64,000 nt of DNA, taken from an uncultured virus (IMG/VR IMGVR_UViG_3300047160_009670). Lineage: Duplodnaviria; Heunggongvirae; Uroviricota; Caudoviricetes. Below the pieces are notes generated by a model, which had not been told where the DNA came from, did not search any database, and worked only from the letters and a program-made list of their open reading frames with translations. The DNA lies in IMG/VR virus record IMGVR_UViG_3300047160_009670; one strand, 5' to 3'. Made by a program: the position numbers and the translations under genes. Below are positions 39,988-49,390 of the stretch, in pieces. How positions within the stretch are numbered: position 1 is the stretch's first letter; the number at the start of each line of letters is the position of its first letter.

Positions 39988-41361
39988 ATGACGCTACCCG
40001 CATCCCGGGCCGCTTCGCGCGGGGCCATCTTCCTGGGTCCGCATCGGCCCTGGGAAGAAGCCAAGCATCCCCGCGGCAAAGGGGGGAAATGGGTCCGCAA
40101 GGGATTCGGGCAAGCCGGACCGGCCGTATCGGCCGGGCATAACTTTTCCGCCTTACTAAAAGGCTTTTCGCCAACGCCTGCGGCGCCGCCCGAACCGCCG
40201 TCCCCCAGGACCAGCGGCAGCCGGGCCGGAACGGCGACCCCATCTGCCGAGCGCGAGGAACCCGAGCGCGAGGAACCTTCGACAACCAAAAAAGGTTCGA
40301 CCCCGTTCCAGGATCGCCAGACCGTTGCGAAAACGGCATTCTCGTATTCGGGGCCGTTGAAAGGCGGCATCAACGGATCGCATATAATCGTGGCGCCTAA
40401 CGGGATGCAGGCGGTTTTCAAGCCGAGCGATGAAGAAAGCAGCGGCGCGCGCAAGGGAATCACAGTCGGAACCTACTGGCGGCGCGAGATCGCGGCCAGC
40501 GAAATTGCCGATATCATGGGGTTCGGCGATTTGGTTCCGACGACCGTAGAAAAGACGGTCAGAATCGGGAAGAAGTCCAAGCGCGGGTCGGCGCAGGAAT
40601 TCGTGCCGGAAACCGACACTGCCATCAATTCGTATAACCCCTGGGATGGAGAGAAGGACGCCATACGGGCCGCAGCATTCGACTACCTGATCGGAAACAA
40701 TGATCGACATATGCGGAACTGGTTGCTGCGCGACAAAGATGACAGCATGGTCCTGATCGACCATGGATTCTCATTCTCAAATACCATGTACGAATTTGGC
40801 CTGAAGATGTTTATGGAGCGTGCGGTTACCAATGATTGGCCCGTACCGGATATGACCAAGCTGGCCGGTCGCTGGCCGGAAGTCGAAGCGGTCTTGAAGC
40901 GCCTGGAAATCGAACCGGATGCCATTGCGCTGACCAAGGGGCGGTTCAAGAATCTTACATCGGGCAAGTACGAAAACTTCAATCAACTGGCGTCGGCGCC
41001 CTTGGGCGAACCCATCAAGGCGTCTACGATGGCGCATCCCGCGTCTACGCCCCCGCGGTCTTCGGGCTACGGGGAGCCCATGGGTTCCAGGTCAAGGGAA
41101 TCCATCCTACGGGGCGCCGCAGCGAAGAAAGAACCGCGCGGCCCCAGTACAATGCATGAACGGGCCGAAGAATTCGAACTGAAGAAACAGGAAGAAGCGG
41201 AACGGAAGACCCGTACGGATATGCGCGACTTGGCAGCGCTGACCCGCGGTATGAATCAGTCTACAATTGATTATGCGGCGCGGCTGATGGACAAGCATGG
41301 GACGGCGTGGGTCAAGTCCTGGCTACGCGGTCGAAGAAGTCTACTAGGACTATCAAGTTGA
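39988..41361 (+). CDS. HipA/PI3-PI4-like kinase with N-terminal WEEAKHPRGKGGKW motif
   Basis: GGINGS, VFKP, REIAAS, VPTTV, GSAQEFV, FDYLIGNNDRHMRN, LIDHGFSF. Confidence 0.85.
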   Translation: MTLPASRAASRGAIFLGPHRPWEEAKHPRGKGGKWVRKGFGQAGPAVSAGHNFSALLKGFSPTPAAPPEPPSPRTSGSRAGTATPSAEREEPEREEPSTTKKGSTPFQDRQTVAKTAFSYSGPLKGGINGSHIIVAPNGMQAVFKPSDEESSGARKGITVGTYWRREIAASEIADIMGFGDLVPTTVEKTVRIGKKSKRGSAQEFVPETDTAINSYNPWDGEKDAIRAAAFDYLIGNNDRHMRNWLLRDKDDSMVLIDHGFSFSNTMYEFGLKMFMERAVTNDWPVPDMTKLAGRWPEVEAVLKRLEIEPDAIALTKGRFKNLTSGKYENFNQLASAPLGEPIKASTMAHPASTPPRSSGYGEPMGSRSRESILRGAAAKKEPRGPSTMHERAEEFELKKQEEAERKTRTDMRDLAALTRGMNQSTIDYAARLMDKHGTAWVKSWLRGRRSLLGLSS

Positions 41362-41651
41362 CCGTCATTTTCTACCAGTTGAAGCAAGGCCCTGATCGGG
41401 TCGCCGCCGATCAGGTCGTCGGTACCCTGACCCTGCGCGGGCGCAAGATCGTCGCGGACCCCCGCGATTCCCTGGCCCTGTCGCGCGTGCTGCAAACGCC
41501 GGTCTTTGAACGCGGGACCGGTAAACAGATTCGCGCCACGGACGATCCAGTGCGGTTTCTTGTGAACCTGCGCTGGAATTACCATGGCGCGTACTTCCGG
41601 GCATCGGCGCCCCAGGTCCGGCGCGGCAGCCCGCGCCCGGCCGGGGGTTAG
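41358..41651 (+). CDS. Small protein coupled to the kinase gene
   Basis: TTG start overlapping the kinase TGA; globular-looking sequence. Confidence 0.5.
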   Translation: MTVIFYQLKQGPDRVAADQVVGTLTLRGRKIVADPRDSLALSRVLQTPVFERGTGKQIRATDDPVRFLVNLRWNYHGAYFRASAPQVRRGSPRPAGG

Positions 41652-41657
41652 CCACGG

Positions 41658-44266
41658 TCATGCTGTGAAGACGACGGTACCGCCGTTCTTGTCGTCTTCA
41701 TCTTCAACTGTATACTTGATTTCCCCTTTAAGCAAACGGTCGAACACGTCGGCGGGCGGGGCGATTGGCCCCTGGAACCCTTCGGTAAAGACCCGCAGCA
41801 ATGCCTTCCGGTCCTTGCGGAACTTGTAGCCGTTCATGGCCCAGCGCAGGATGCCGGGCGTGCAAATGAGAGAACTGGAAAGCAGGCGGTAAGTCCGCGG
41901 TTCGGTCTTGTCAGTCTTGTTCTTGGCGGTCATGGTTCAACCCCCCTTCATTGGTTTCGGTCACGTTGGCCCGCGCAGCCTGATCGACCAGTCGTTCGCG
42001 CGCTGCGGTATAGGCTGCCGACGGGCATTCATGGTCTTCGCGCGCGAAGTAGATATGGGCGCAGGCCGGGCAGCGCTTGGTCTTGACCGTTACTACAACT
42101 GCGCTACCGTTCATGTTATCCCCCTTTTATACGTTCTTGACCCAGGCCCCGTTCGCATCGTCGGCCCCGAAAGCCTTTACTGCCCCTGTCTGCGTATCGT
42201 AGACCAAGGCGAAGGCCGGCAGGTCGGTCGATACGTTCGTTGCCTTGATTAGTTCATGGGCGCGGGTCTTGGCTTCCGTAATGGTCGCATGGTACGACCA
42301 TGGCTTGACAACCGGGTATTCGGTATGGTTATGACTAAGCCATACCTGATATCGAGAGAAGTTCATGTTATCCCCCTTTCAGGCCGGCTGCAAGTCGGCC
42401 GTAGCATGCCATTGGATATCGTCAACGCACAGCGCGTTGTCGCGGTCCATGCCGCAGACCAGATGCAGGACCGGGTCAACCCCGACCATGCAAGCGATGG
42501 TTTGCAGCCGGGCCGGGCCAGTACCGACGGCCAGGACTTGCGGGTCCAGGTCCACAATCTGGCCCAGCCAGCCGTTTTCAACGTTCCGGGCGTAATCGCC
42601 AACCTTGAAAATGTTCATCGGATTATCCTTTCATCGAACAACGAACCCGTCATCGGTCAGGTTCCGTGCCAGGTCCTGGGCGTAGCGCGGTTCAACCGCG
42701 ACCGCATCGCCCAGGAAGCCGGCGGCTTCTTCGACATGCTCGAACAGCCAGTCCGCAGCCCGCTTGTTCAGCGGCCGGCATAGGAACAGCGAACCGTGGT
42801 ATTCGAACCGATAGTCAGGCTTGACGGTCTTCATCGTAGACCCCTTTCATTCCCGTTCGTAGCCATCGAACCAAGGACCATGACGACGCGTACGCCGATG
42901 GGCCTTCGCCCCGCGCGCCGTACGGCTATGGGTTTCCGGGTTCCGGCAATGGGCCTGGGCTTCATCCAGCGATAGGCCCCGCGCGATGACCCGCTTGTAA
43001 ACCTGACCGCGGGCCAGATGGTTGTAGTAACCGTCATAGTAACCGCGTACGACACGATAGGTATCCATACATTTAAACCCTTTCATCCTAGCGCCTTGTC
43101 TACCTGATCCGCAGCCCGTTCCAGGATGCGGGCCAACTTGTTCCAGGGACGGCCGGCCCCCTTGTCTTGCCAGGCCGCCGTCAGTTCCAGGGCCGATTCC
43201 GCGTACGTTTCCGCAGCGCGCCGCAAAACCGCGGCGACTTGATCGGGATGCGATACGTCCAGGTCCAGGTCTTTCATCGTGCCCCCCTTCATCTACCCCC
43301 ATTATAGGCGCTTGTCTAGCGCTTGTCAATAGTCGTCGTCGGGCAGGCCCGCGAGAACGTGACCCAAAGGCTGATGGGTCGTTCCGCCGTCCGGGCCGAA
43401 ATCGTCATACTTGAATCCCTTGACCCGTTCCTTGACGCCCTTCAGGTCCAAACGCGCCTGTTCCCAGGTATCCCAGGTTTCCAGCCAGACCCGCCGATCC
43501 CGGCCTGCCAGGACGCTAGTGCCGGGGTAGACGCTATGGCCGTACAGAACCGGGTTCGCGGTCCGGTAGGTCGTCCCCCGGCCCGCTTCCAGCGTGAACG
43601 TCCAGCGCTGCTTGCCGCCGTCGGCCTTCAGTTCCGCAAGACGTTCCGCAATAGCCTTGGCGTTCATCGTATTCCCCTTTCAATAACAGCCGTTGCCGTC
43701 TACCCAGTCGCCGGCATTGGTTTCATCAACGTAGAAGCATTCGTAAAGGCCATGCTTCATCGGCAGCCGGAAATCGTCCGGCCGCGTCTTCCAGGTTTTG
43801 CAGCGTCCGTTGACGCGCGCCCGCATCGGCGTTCCATCCGCGTTTTTCAGCGTAACATGATGGAATTCCTGCCGGTACTGGGCATTCATCGCTTGTTCGC
43901 GGGTCATCTTCGACCCCCCTTTCTTGGTCTACTTACATTATAGGCGCTTGTCATGCGCCTGTCAAGTGACGGCCGCGGGAATCGAACCCGCTTATGTTCC
44001 CGTTCTCCTGGGCTTGCTGAAGGCCCCGGCCCAACGGGCGTCCCCAGGAAAACGGCTGGTTCAGCGGCCAGCCGCCGCCCTGCAAGACAGGATGCCAACC
44101 CCCCGACCGTCATAAGTCATGCATCAAAGCCGCTTGTCGTCTTCCAGCCCAGTCTACGGGCGGTTCCGTCGAGCAAGTCGGCCGCAACCAGCCCCCCGAA
44201 AGCTATGTCAGCGGCCAATGCCAGCCGCAGCAACCAAAGCGTTCCGGTAAGAAGCAATGCGGTCAT
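41658..44266 (-). CDS. Antisense island of about 10 small early-type ORFs
   Basis: Abutting minus-strand ORFs with AAGGGG-type RBSs under three early promoters. Confidence 0.7.
43301..43329 (-). promoter_or_regulatory. Conserved early promoter
   Basis: TTGACA-AGCGCTAGACAAGCGCC-TATAAT. Confidence 0.9.
43937..43965 (-). promoter_or_regulatory. Conserved early promoter
   Basis: TTGACA-GGCGCATGACAAGCGCC-TATAAT. Confidence 0.9.
43967..44111 (-). ncRNA. tRNA-like RNA (acceptor stem plus T arm, large insert instead of an anticodon arm)
   Basis: GACGGTC pairs with GGCCGTC-A; GCGGG-TTCGATT-CCCGC T arm; internal hairpins. Confidence 0.65.
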
Positions 44267-44313
44267 CCTGAAACCACCTTTCCTTCGATCCCTTTCCTTT
44301 CCCTTACATCATT

Positions 44314-44342
44314 ATTATAGGCGCTTGTCCAGCGCTTGTCAA
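44314..44342 (-). promoter_or_regulatory. Conserved early promoter
   Basis: TTGACA-AGCGCTGGACAAGCGCC-TATAAT. Confidence 0.9.
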
Positions 44343-47300
44343 TAGGCGGGGGGATGACCTTGGGCGGAATATCCACCAAACGCATGGCTCTGCGGGGACG
44401 GTACTTCCGGCGACCCGACGGGGCCGAACGGTACGAAATCCGGCATACCCCGGAAGGCGGGGCGACCGTCGCGGGGCATCCCTACAAGGGGGGCCAGTTC
44501 CTACCCGGGGGGCCGGTCGCCGCCGCGGGGAAGGCCGTTGCCGCCGGTAAGGCCGTCGCGGGCAAGGCGGGTCGAGCGGTCCTAGGCGCCCATCGGGTCG
44601 CCGCCCATCATGCCGGGCGTGCCCTGGCCGCTGGGCAGGCTGCCGCAGGCCGGACCGGCCGGGCCATCGCCAGCGGAGCCGTACGGGCCGCTCCCCATAT
44701 CGCCCGGGGCTGGCAGGCTACGGAAGAATGGCTAGAACGCGCCGGGGAATTCGCCATCCATCGGCTGCCCAGGCGCTGGCAGGAAGCCGCCCGCGGCTTC
44801 TGGCGGGCCTATATGTCATCGTTCGAAGCCGCCTGGAAGACGGTCGAAGCGGTCGCGCTCGATTCGGGCCTGGACGAAGAACAGACCAAGATACTGGGCC
44901 GGGTCATCGCCGCAGCGGACATGGTCCTAAGTTATCCTATGTCCATAGGCGCGCATGTCGTCCTGGGACCCGCCGGCATCGCCGCATCGTTCATTCCCGT
45001 AGCGTCCATAACCTACCTGGCATGGTCGGGCCGGCGCGACCCCCTGGGCGCGTTCGCCCATGCCCGCCGGGCCATCCGCAAGACCATGATCGAAGTCCGC
45101 CATGGCAAGGAACGGCATGCCGAACGGCATGCGGCCGATCCGGTCAGGAAGCTGGGTTTGGATCGGGGCCTGATCCGGGCCTTGGCCCGCCTGTCTGATA
45201 ATCCTGACTTCATGCTTTTACTTCATGTCGCCCTTGATGAAACCCGCGGCAACCTACCGCAGTCGATCAAGCTGGCCGGCATGGCGCTGGGCCGGCCCCG
45301 GCCCCAGCGGTACGCGACCGGCCGGTCCCTGGGTCGATGGATACCCGACAGGCAGCTAGAAAAGTATGAAGTACGGCACGCGCCGGCCGGCGGGGCCGTC
45401 ATCCGGGGCAAGGAATATCCTGGGGGCGAATTCATACCGCCGGGCGTCTACGCGCGAGCGACCCCCGAAGAAAAGGCCAAGCTTGAACCGGGCGCGGCCG
45501 AAGGGAATGGCAAGCCCCCTGCGGCGCATGCTGCGGCCGAAGCCCGTCAGGCCCGGGCCAGCCATCGGCATCAAAGCCGGCTCTATGCCCTGCGCGACTA
45601 CCGGGAACATGGTCTGAAAGCAAAAGCATTCAAGCATTGGTTTGGGGACTGGGAAGCCGATCCCGGTAATGCATCGAAAGTCGTTAGTAGAAAGACAGGG
45701 GAACCGACAGAAAATTACGGGGTCGTCAAGGTCTACCACGGTACCGGCGCGCGGTTCGTTGCCTTCGACCCGGCCCACAAGGGTACCCATGGCAGCATGG
45801 TAGGCCAGGGATTCTACTTTGCCGAAAAGCGGCGCATCGCCGAATCGTTCGAAGAAATATCAGGTAAGGGCGGCCGAATCGTTGAAGCCTATCTGAACAT
45901 ACGAAATCCCTTTTCATTTACTGATACCTTTACAGAAAATGATATCAATCGGATCGCGAAGTCTGCCGGGGAATGGATGGTCGAGAAGTACCCCCAGCTT
46001 CTACCCCGGCCGGATGAATGGACGGAAACGGACGAACCGCGGAAGCCTACGGCGGATGAATGGGAACGGTCCATCAGGGAAAGTATCTATGTCCGTCTGA
46101 GCGGGGATCGGGAAGCTAACGGGTACAATGTCTACCTTGGTCTAGGCATGCGCCTGGGCACGCGCTTCATCAATTCCTTTATCGAATCGCTTGGATATGA
46201 TGGAATAATGCATGATTCAAATGATGAATTCGGAACGCCCAGGCGCAGCGACAATGATTACAATTACGGCCGGGTCTGGATTGCCTTCAACCCGGAACAG
46301 ATCAAGGCAACAAACAATATAGGAACATTTGATCCCGACGACCCCCGGATGCGCTATGCGGGCGATGTTTATCCCCCCTTCCGCCGGCGCGAACGGTACG
46401 CGATTGTCCATGCCCCCGCAGGCGGGGCGGTCATCGGCGGCAAGGAATACCCCGGGGGGGAATTCACGCCGGCCGGCGCGATGGCCCTGGGGAAGCATGA
46501 CGGCACGACGCATGACGGCGCGCGGTCCGAATCCGACCTGGGACCGGCCAGCCTGGCCAGGCGGTTTGCCAAGCCCAAGGCGACCATCGGCGAAATGGTC
46601 CCCGTGCGCCGTATCGGCAAGGGGAAGGAAGCCAAACTGGTCAAACCCGATGGCAGCGACTTCCCCAGCCATGTCCGGGCCGCCAGCATCCCGCCGGCCT
46701 GGACCGATGTTACAGTGGCGGTAGACGCAGATTCAGATGTTCAAGTCAAGGGGCGCGATGCCGCGGGACGGCCGGTTACCAAGTACCGGCCCAGCTACGT
46801 CCTGAAGACGCAACAAATCAAGTTTGCCAGAATTGATTATGTAATGCGGACCTTCCCCAAGATCATGCGCCGGATCGAAGCCGGCCGCAACGCTCATTCC
46901 CCCTTGACCCGGGCCGCCGCCGATGCCGCCTGGCTGATTGCCGTCCATGGCATCCGGCCGGGCAGCGCCAAGGATACCAAGGCGGTTCACAAGGCGTACG
47001 GCGCGACGACCTTGCTGGCCGAACACGTCAAGCAAGAGCGCGACGGGGTCTACCTGGACTTTCCCGGCAAGTCGGGGGTTCATAACCGCCATCTGATCGC
47101 CGACCCCGCCCTGGCGACGATGCTTATCAAGCGGAAGCTGACCGCCCAGCGACGGGGCGGACGCATCTTTGACATATCCCCTGAACATCTGAATTCATTT
47201 ATAAAGTCGGCCGATGCCGGCGCCATAACGGCTAAAGACCTGCGAACCCGTTTGGCAACACAAACGGCAATCAATCTGGTAAATGCCCGCAAGGCCCCGC

Positions 47301-47440
47301 CCGCGACCCACAAGGACTACAAGGCGTCGGTCAAGGCGGTCGCGGAACTGGTCGCGCGCAAGCTGGGCAACAAGCCATCGGAAGCCCTGAAAAGCTACAT
47401 CAATCCCGCGGTCTTCGCGGGCTGGGCGCAGGCTGCCTAG
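44336..47440 (+). CDS. Polyvalent protein: helical/hydrophobic module, ART-PolyVal-like ADP-ribosyltransferase and DNA topoisomerase IB
   Basis: FKHWFGDW..VYHGT..GQGFYFA..YLNIRNP..GYDG..AFNPEQIK; TopIB motifs IPPAW, GIRPG, YGATTL, FPGKSG, AKDLRT, LGN, SYI. Confidence 0.88.
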   Translation: MSIGGGMTLGGISTKRMALRGRYFRRPDGAERYEIRHTPEGGATVAGHPYKGGQFLPGGPVAAAGKAVAAGKAVAGKAGRAVLGAHRVAAHHAGRALAAGQAAAGRTGRAIASGAVRAAPHIARGWQATEEWLERAGEFAIHRLPRRWQEAARGFWRAYMSSFEAAWKTVEAVALDSGLDEEQTKILGRVIAAADMVLSYPMSIGAHVVLGPAGIAASFIPVASITYLAWSGRRDPLGAFAHARRAIRKTMIEVRHGKERHAERHAADPVRKLGLDRGLIRALARLSDNPDFMLLLHVALDETRGNLPQSIKLAGMALGRPRPQRYATGRSLGRWIPDRQLEKYEVRHAPAGGAVIRGKEYPGGEFIPPGVYARATPEEKAKLEPGAAEGNGKPPAAHAAAEARQARASHRHQSRLYALRDYREHGLKAKAFKHWFGDWEADPGNASKVVSRKTGEPTENYGVVKVYHGTGARFVAFDPAHKGTHGSMVGQGFYFAEKRRIAESFEEISGKGGRIVEAYLNIRNPFSFTDTFTENDINRIAKSAGEWMVEKYPQLLPRPDEWTETDEPRKPTADEWERSIRESIYVRLSGDREANGYNVYLGLGMRLGTRFINSFIESLGYDGIMHDSNDEFGTPRRSDNDYNYGRVWIAFNPEQIKATNNIGTFDPDDPRMRYAGDVYPPFRRRERYAIVHAPAGGAVIGGKEYPGGEFTPAGAMALGKHDGTTHDGARSESDLGPASLARRFAKPKATIGEMVPVRRIGKGKEAKLVKPDGSDFPSHVRAASIPPAWTDVTVAVDADSDVQVKGRDAAGRPVTKYRPSYVLKTQQIKFARIDYVMRTFPKIMRRIEAGRNAHSPLTRAAADAAWLIAVHGIRPGSAKDTKAVHKAYGATTLLAEHVKQERDGVYLDFPGKSGVHNRHLIADPALATMLIKRKLTAQRRGGRIFDISPEHLNSFIKSADAGAITAKDLRTRLATQTAINLVNARKAPPATHKDYKASVKAVAELVARKLGNKPSEALKSYINPAVFAGWAQAA

Positions 47441-47444
47441 GCCG

Positions 47445-47672
47445 ATGCCCCATCTACCGGGCATGCGGAACCGGGTCTTCTTCGGCCGGCATACGCCGAA
47501 CTGGAAAGCCGAAAAAGGGGCCGACCGCGCCGCCAATGACGATGACGATGCGGAACCGACCGCAGACCAGTTAGAAGCATTGGTCATCATACTTGGATTT
47601 GACCCGGACGAACTGGAAGACGAAGCCGAACCGGAAGAAACCGACGATGCCCAGGATACGGGAAACGATTGA
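47445..47672 (+). CDS. Small acidic protein after the TopIB polyprotein
   Basis: D/E-rich with LGFDP core. Confidence 0.6.
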   Translation: MPHLPGMRNRVFFGRHTPNWKAEKGADRAANDDDDAEPTADQLEALVIILGFDPDELEDEAEPEETDDAQDTGND

Positions 47673-49329
47673 TCCATCAGCGCCGGGGGTCGGCCTGTCG
47701 CGGCGGGCGGGCGAACCCTTGCGCGCGCGCTACGCCGCGGGGCCGCCCCTGACGATGGAAGCCCATGACGGGGAAGACGAACTGGACCTGAACAGCCTGC
47801 CCGAAGCGGGGATCGAAGACCTGGACCTGGACGACAGTTCCAAGTTTGTCCGGTTCGCCCGCGTTCCAGTCATGGATACGCATGGAACGATATTTGGACG
47901 GGATCAGATAAAGAAACCAATATCATGGAAGACGCTGAAGCTGATGGCGCAGAACAATAACGCCATGATCGAAAGTCGGGGGCAGTACCCGACGATCCTG
48001 ATCGGGCATACGCATGACGACGGGCCGGGACCGAACGACAAGATTCGCGAAAGCGACCAGCCCGTGCATGTCGGGTTTGCCAAGAATTTCTGCCTGGGGC
48101 GCTACCGCGGCGAACCGATGCTGCTTGCGGATTTTCATATTCGCAAGCCATTGGTAGGTATGGCGCTAACATATCCGCATAGAAGTCCCGAACTGTTTCG
48201 GTCGAAGGAACCGGAACAGAATCTGGTCGATTCGATTTCCTTGCTGCGCCGGGCGCCGGAACGGCCGCTGGGTCTTTTGACCTACGACCGCGACCTGCCC
48301 CCGGGCGTGGAACTGGTTCGATACGCCCGCGATTTCCCGCCCTTGCGGCCGGCGGATACCGCGGAAGTTTTCCAAACCGGCCGCCGGGTCCAAAACGAAA
48401 GGGGAAACCGCATGCCCATGGACCCCGAAGACTTGTCAACGATCATCCATGGCGTGACCAAAGGGCTTGCCGCTTTCTTCAAGGAACTGGAACACGGCGA
48501 GCACGAAATCGAAGCCGGCGAGCATGGCATGGAAGGCGAACTTGCCGACATTGAAGCCGAAGAAGCCGGCGGGGAACCGCTGGGCGGGGAAGGCGAAGAA
48601 GAAGAAGAGGAAGAAGAAGCCGAACGGGAAGAATACGCCGCCAGTACCCCCGGCCCGACTTCCAGTTTCGTCCCCGGCCGCGGCCAGCATGCGCGCTACA
48701 AGCGCATTGATGACTTCATGTATGCCGACCCGGAACATGAAGGCGACGTTGCCGAAGAACGTGAAATCCATAAACCCAAACATCAACATGCCGCTGCGGT
48801 CATGCGGCAAGGCCGGATTTCCGGGGCGGGCGCCGGGGCCGGCGGGAACTACCCGCCCGTGGAAAGGACGCGCGAGCGCATGGCCCGAACCGCGGCCAAC
48901 ATCGAACGGGTACGGTACGAACGGGAAAACGCCCGCCTGCAACGGCGGGTCGGCGACCTGGAACGGTACGCCCGGGCCGCCGAACGGGGCGCTGACCTGA
49001 ACGCCCTTGTCGCGGCCGGCTACGACCTGGACGTAGCCCAGGAACTTGACGACTGCGTTGACCTGACCGAACCCCAATACGAACGTCATTTGACCCGTAT
49101 TGCGGAACGGTACCGCCGCGATCCCGTTGACCAGCCGGCCATCGAACCGGCGCATGTCGAAGGATCGACCGATCCAGATGCAGATATCAATGGATTGACA
49201 AGCGATGATTCCATTTCGATCTCGCGATACGTTCGCGACCATCCCGAAATGGACCATACCGTCGCGGTCAACGATTGGATCAAGAGAAACGTGGAAAGCC
49301 GCCGCGTAGGCGGCCCGCGCGTCGGGTAA
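47647..49329 (+). CDS. Prohead protease-scaffold (Mu gpI/gpZ-like); scaffold from internal start 48412
   Basis: ILIGH..VGFA..LLAD..YPHRSPEL protease-like pattern; AAAGGGGAA RBS before in-frame ATG 48412; acidic coiled C-terminal half; precedes capsid genes. Confidence 0.75.
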   Translation: MPRIRETIDPSAPGVGLSRRAGEPLRARYAAGPPLTMEAHDGEDELDLNSLPEAGIEDLDLDDSSKFVRFARVPVMDTHGTIFGRDQIKKPISWKTLKLMAQNNNAMIESRGQYPTILIGHTHDDGPGPNDKIRESDQPVHVGFAKNFCLGRYRGEPMLLADFHIRKPLVGMALTYPHRSPELFRSKEPEQNLVDSISLLRRAPERPLGLLTYDRDLPPGVELVRYARDFPPLRPADTAEVFQTGRRVQNERGNRMPMDPEDLSTIIHGVTKGLAAFFKELEHGEHEIEAGEHGMEGELADIEAEEAGGEPLGGEGEEEEEEEEAEREEYAASTPGPTSSFVPGRGQHARYKRIDDFMYADPEHEGDVAEEREIHKPKHQHAAAVMRQGRISGAGAGAGGNYPPVERTRERMARTAANIERVRYERENARLQRRVGDLERYARAAERGADLNALVAAGYDLDVAQELDDCVDLTEPQYERHLTRIAERYRRDPVDQPAIEPAHVEGSTDPDADINGLTSDDSISISRYVRDHPEMDHTVAVNDWIKRNVESRRVGGPRVG

Positions 49330-49390
49330 CCAAGCCCGTTTCCCCATCCCGGTCGATTCCTTGACCCTACCGTAAAGGGGGCCTTAGCGA

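Noticed and set aside
43967..44111. tmRNA or ordinary tRNA
   Set aside because: No G3-U70 pair, too short for tmRNA, and no 7-nt anticodon loop at the expected position
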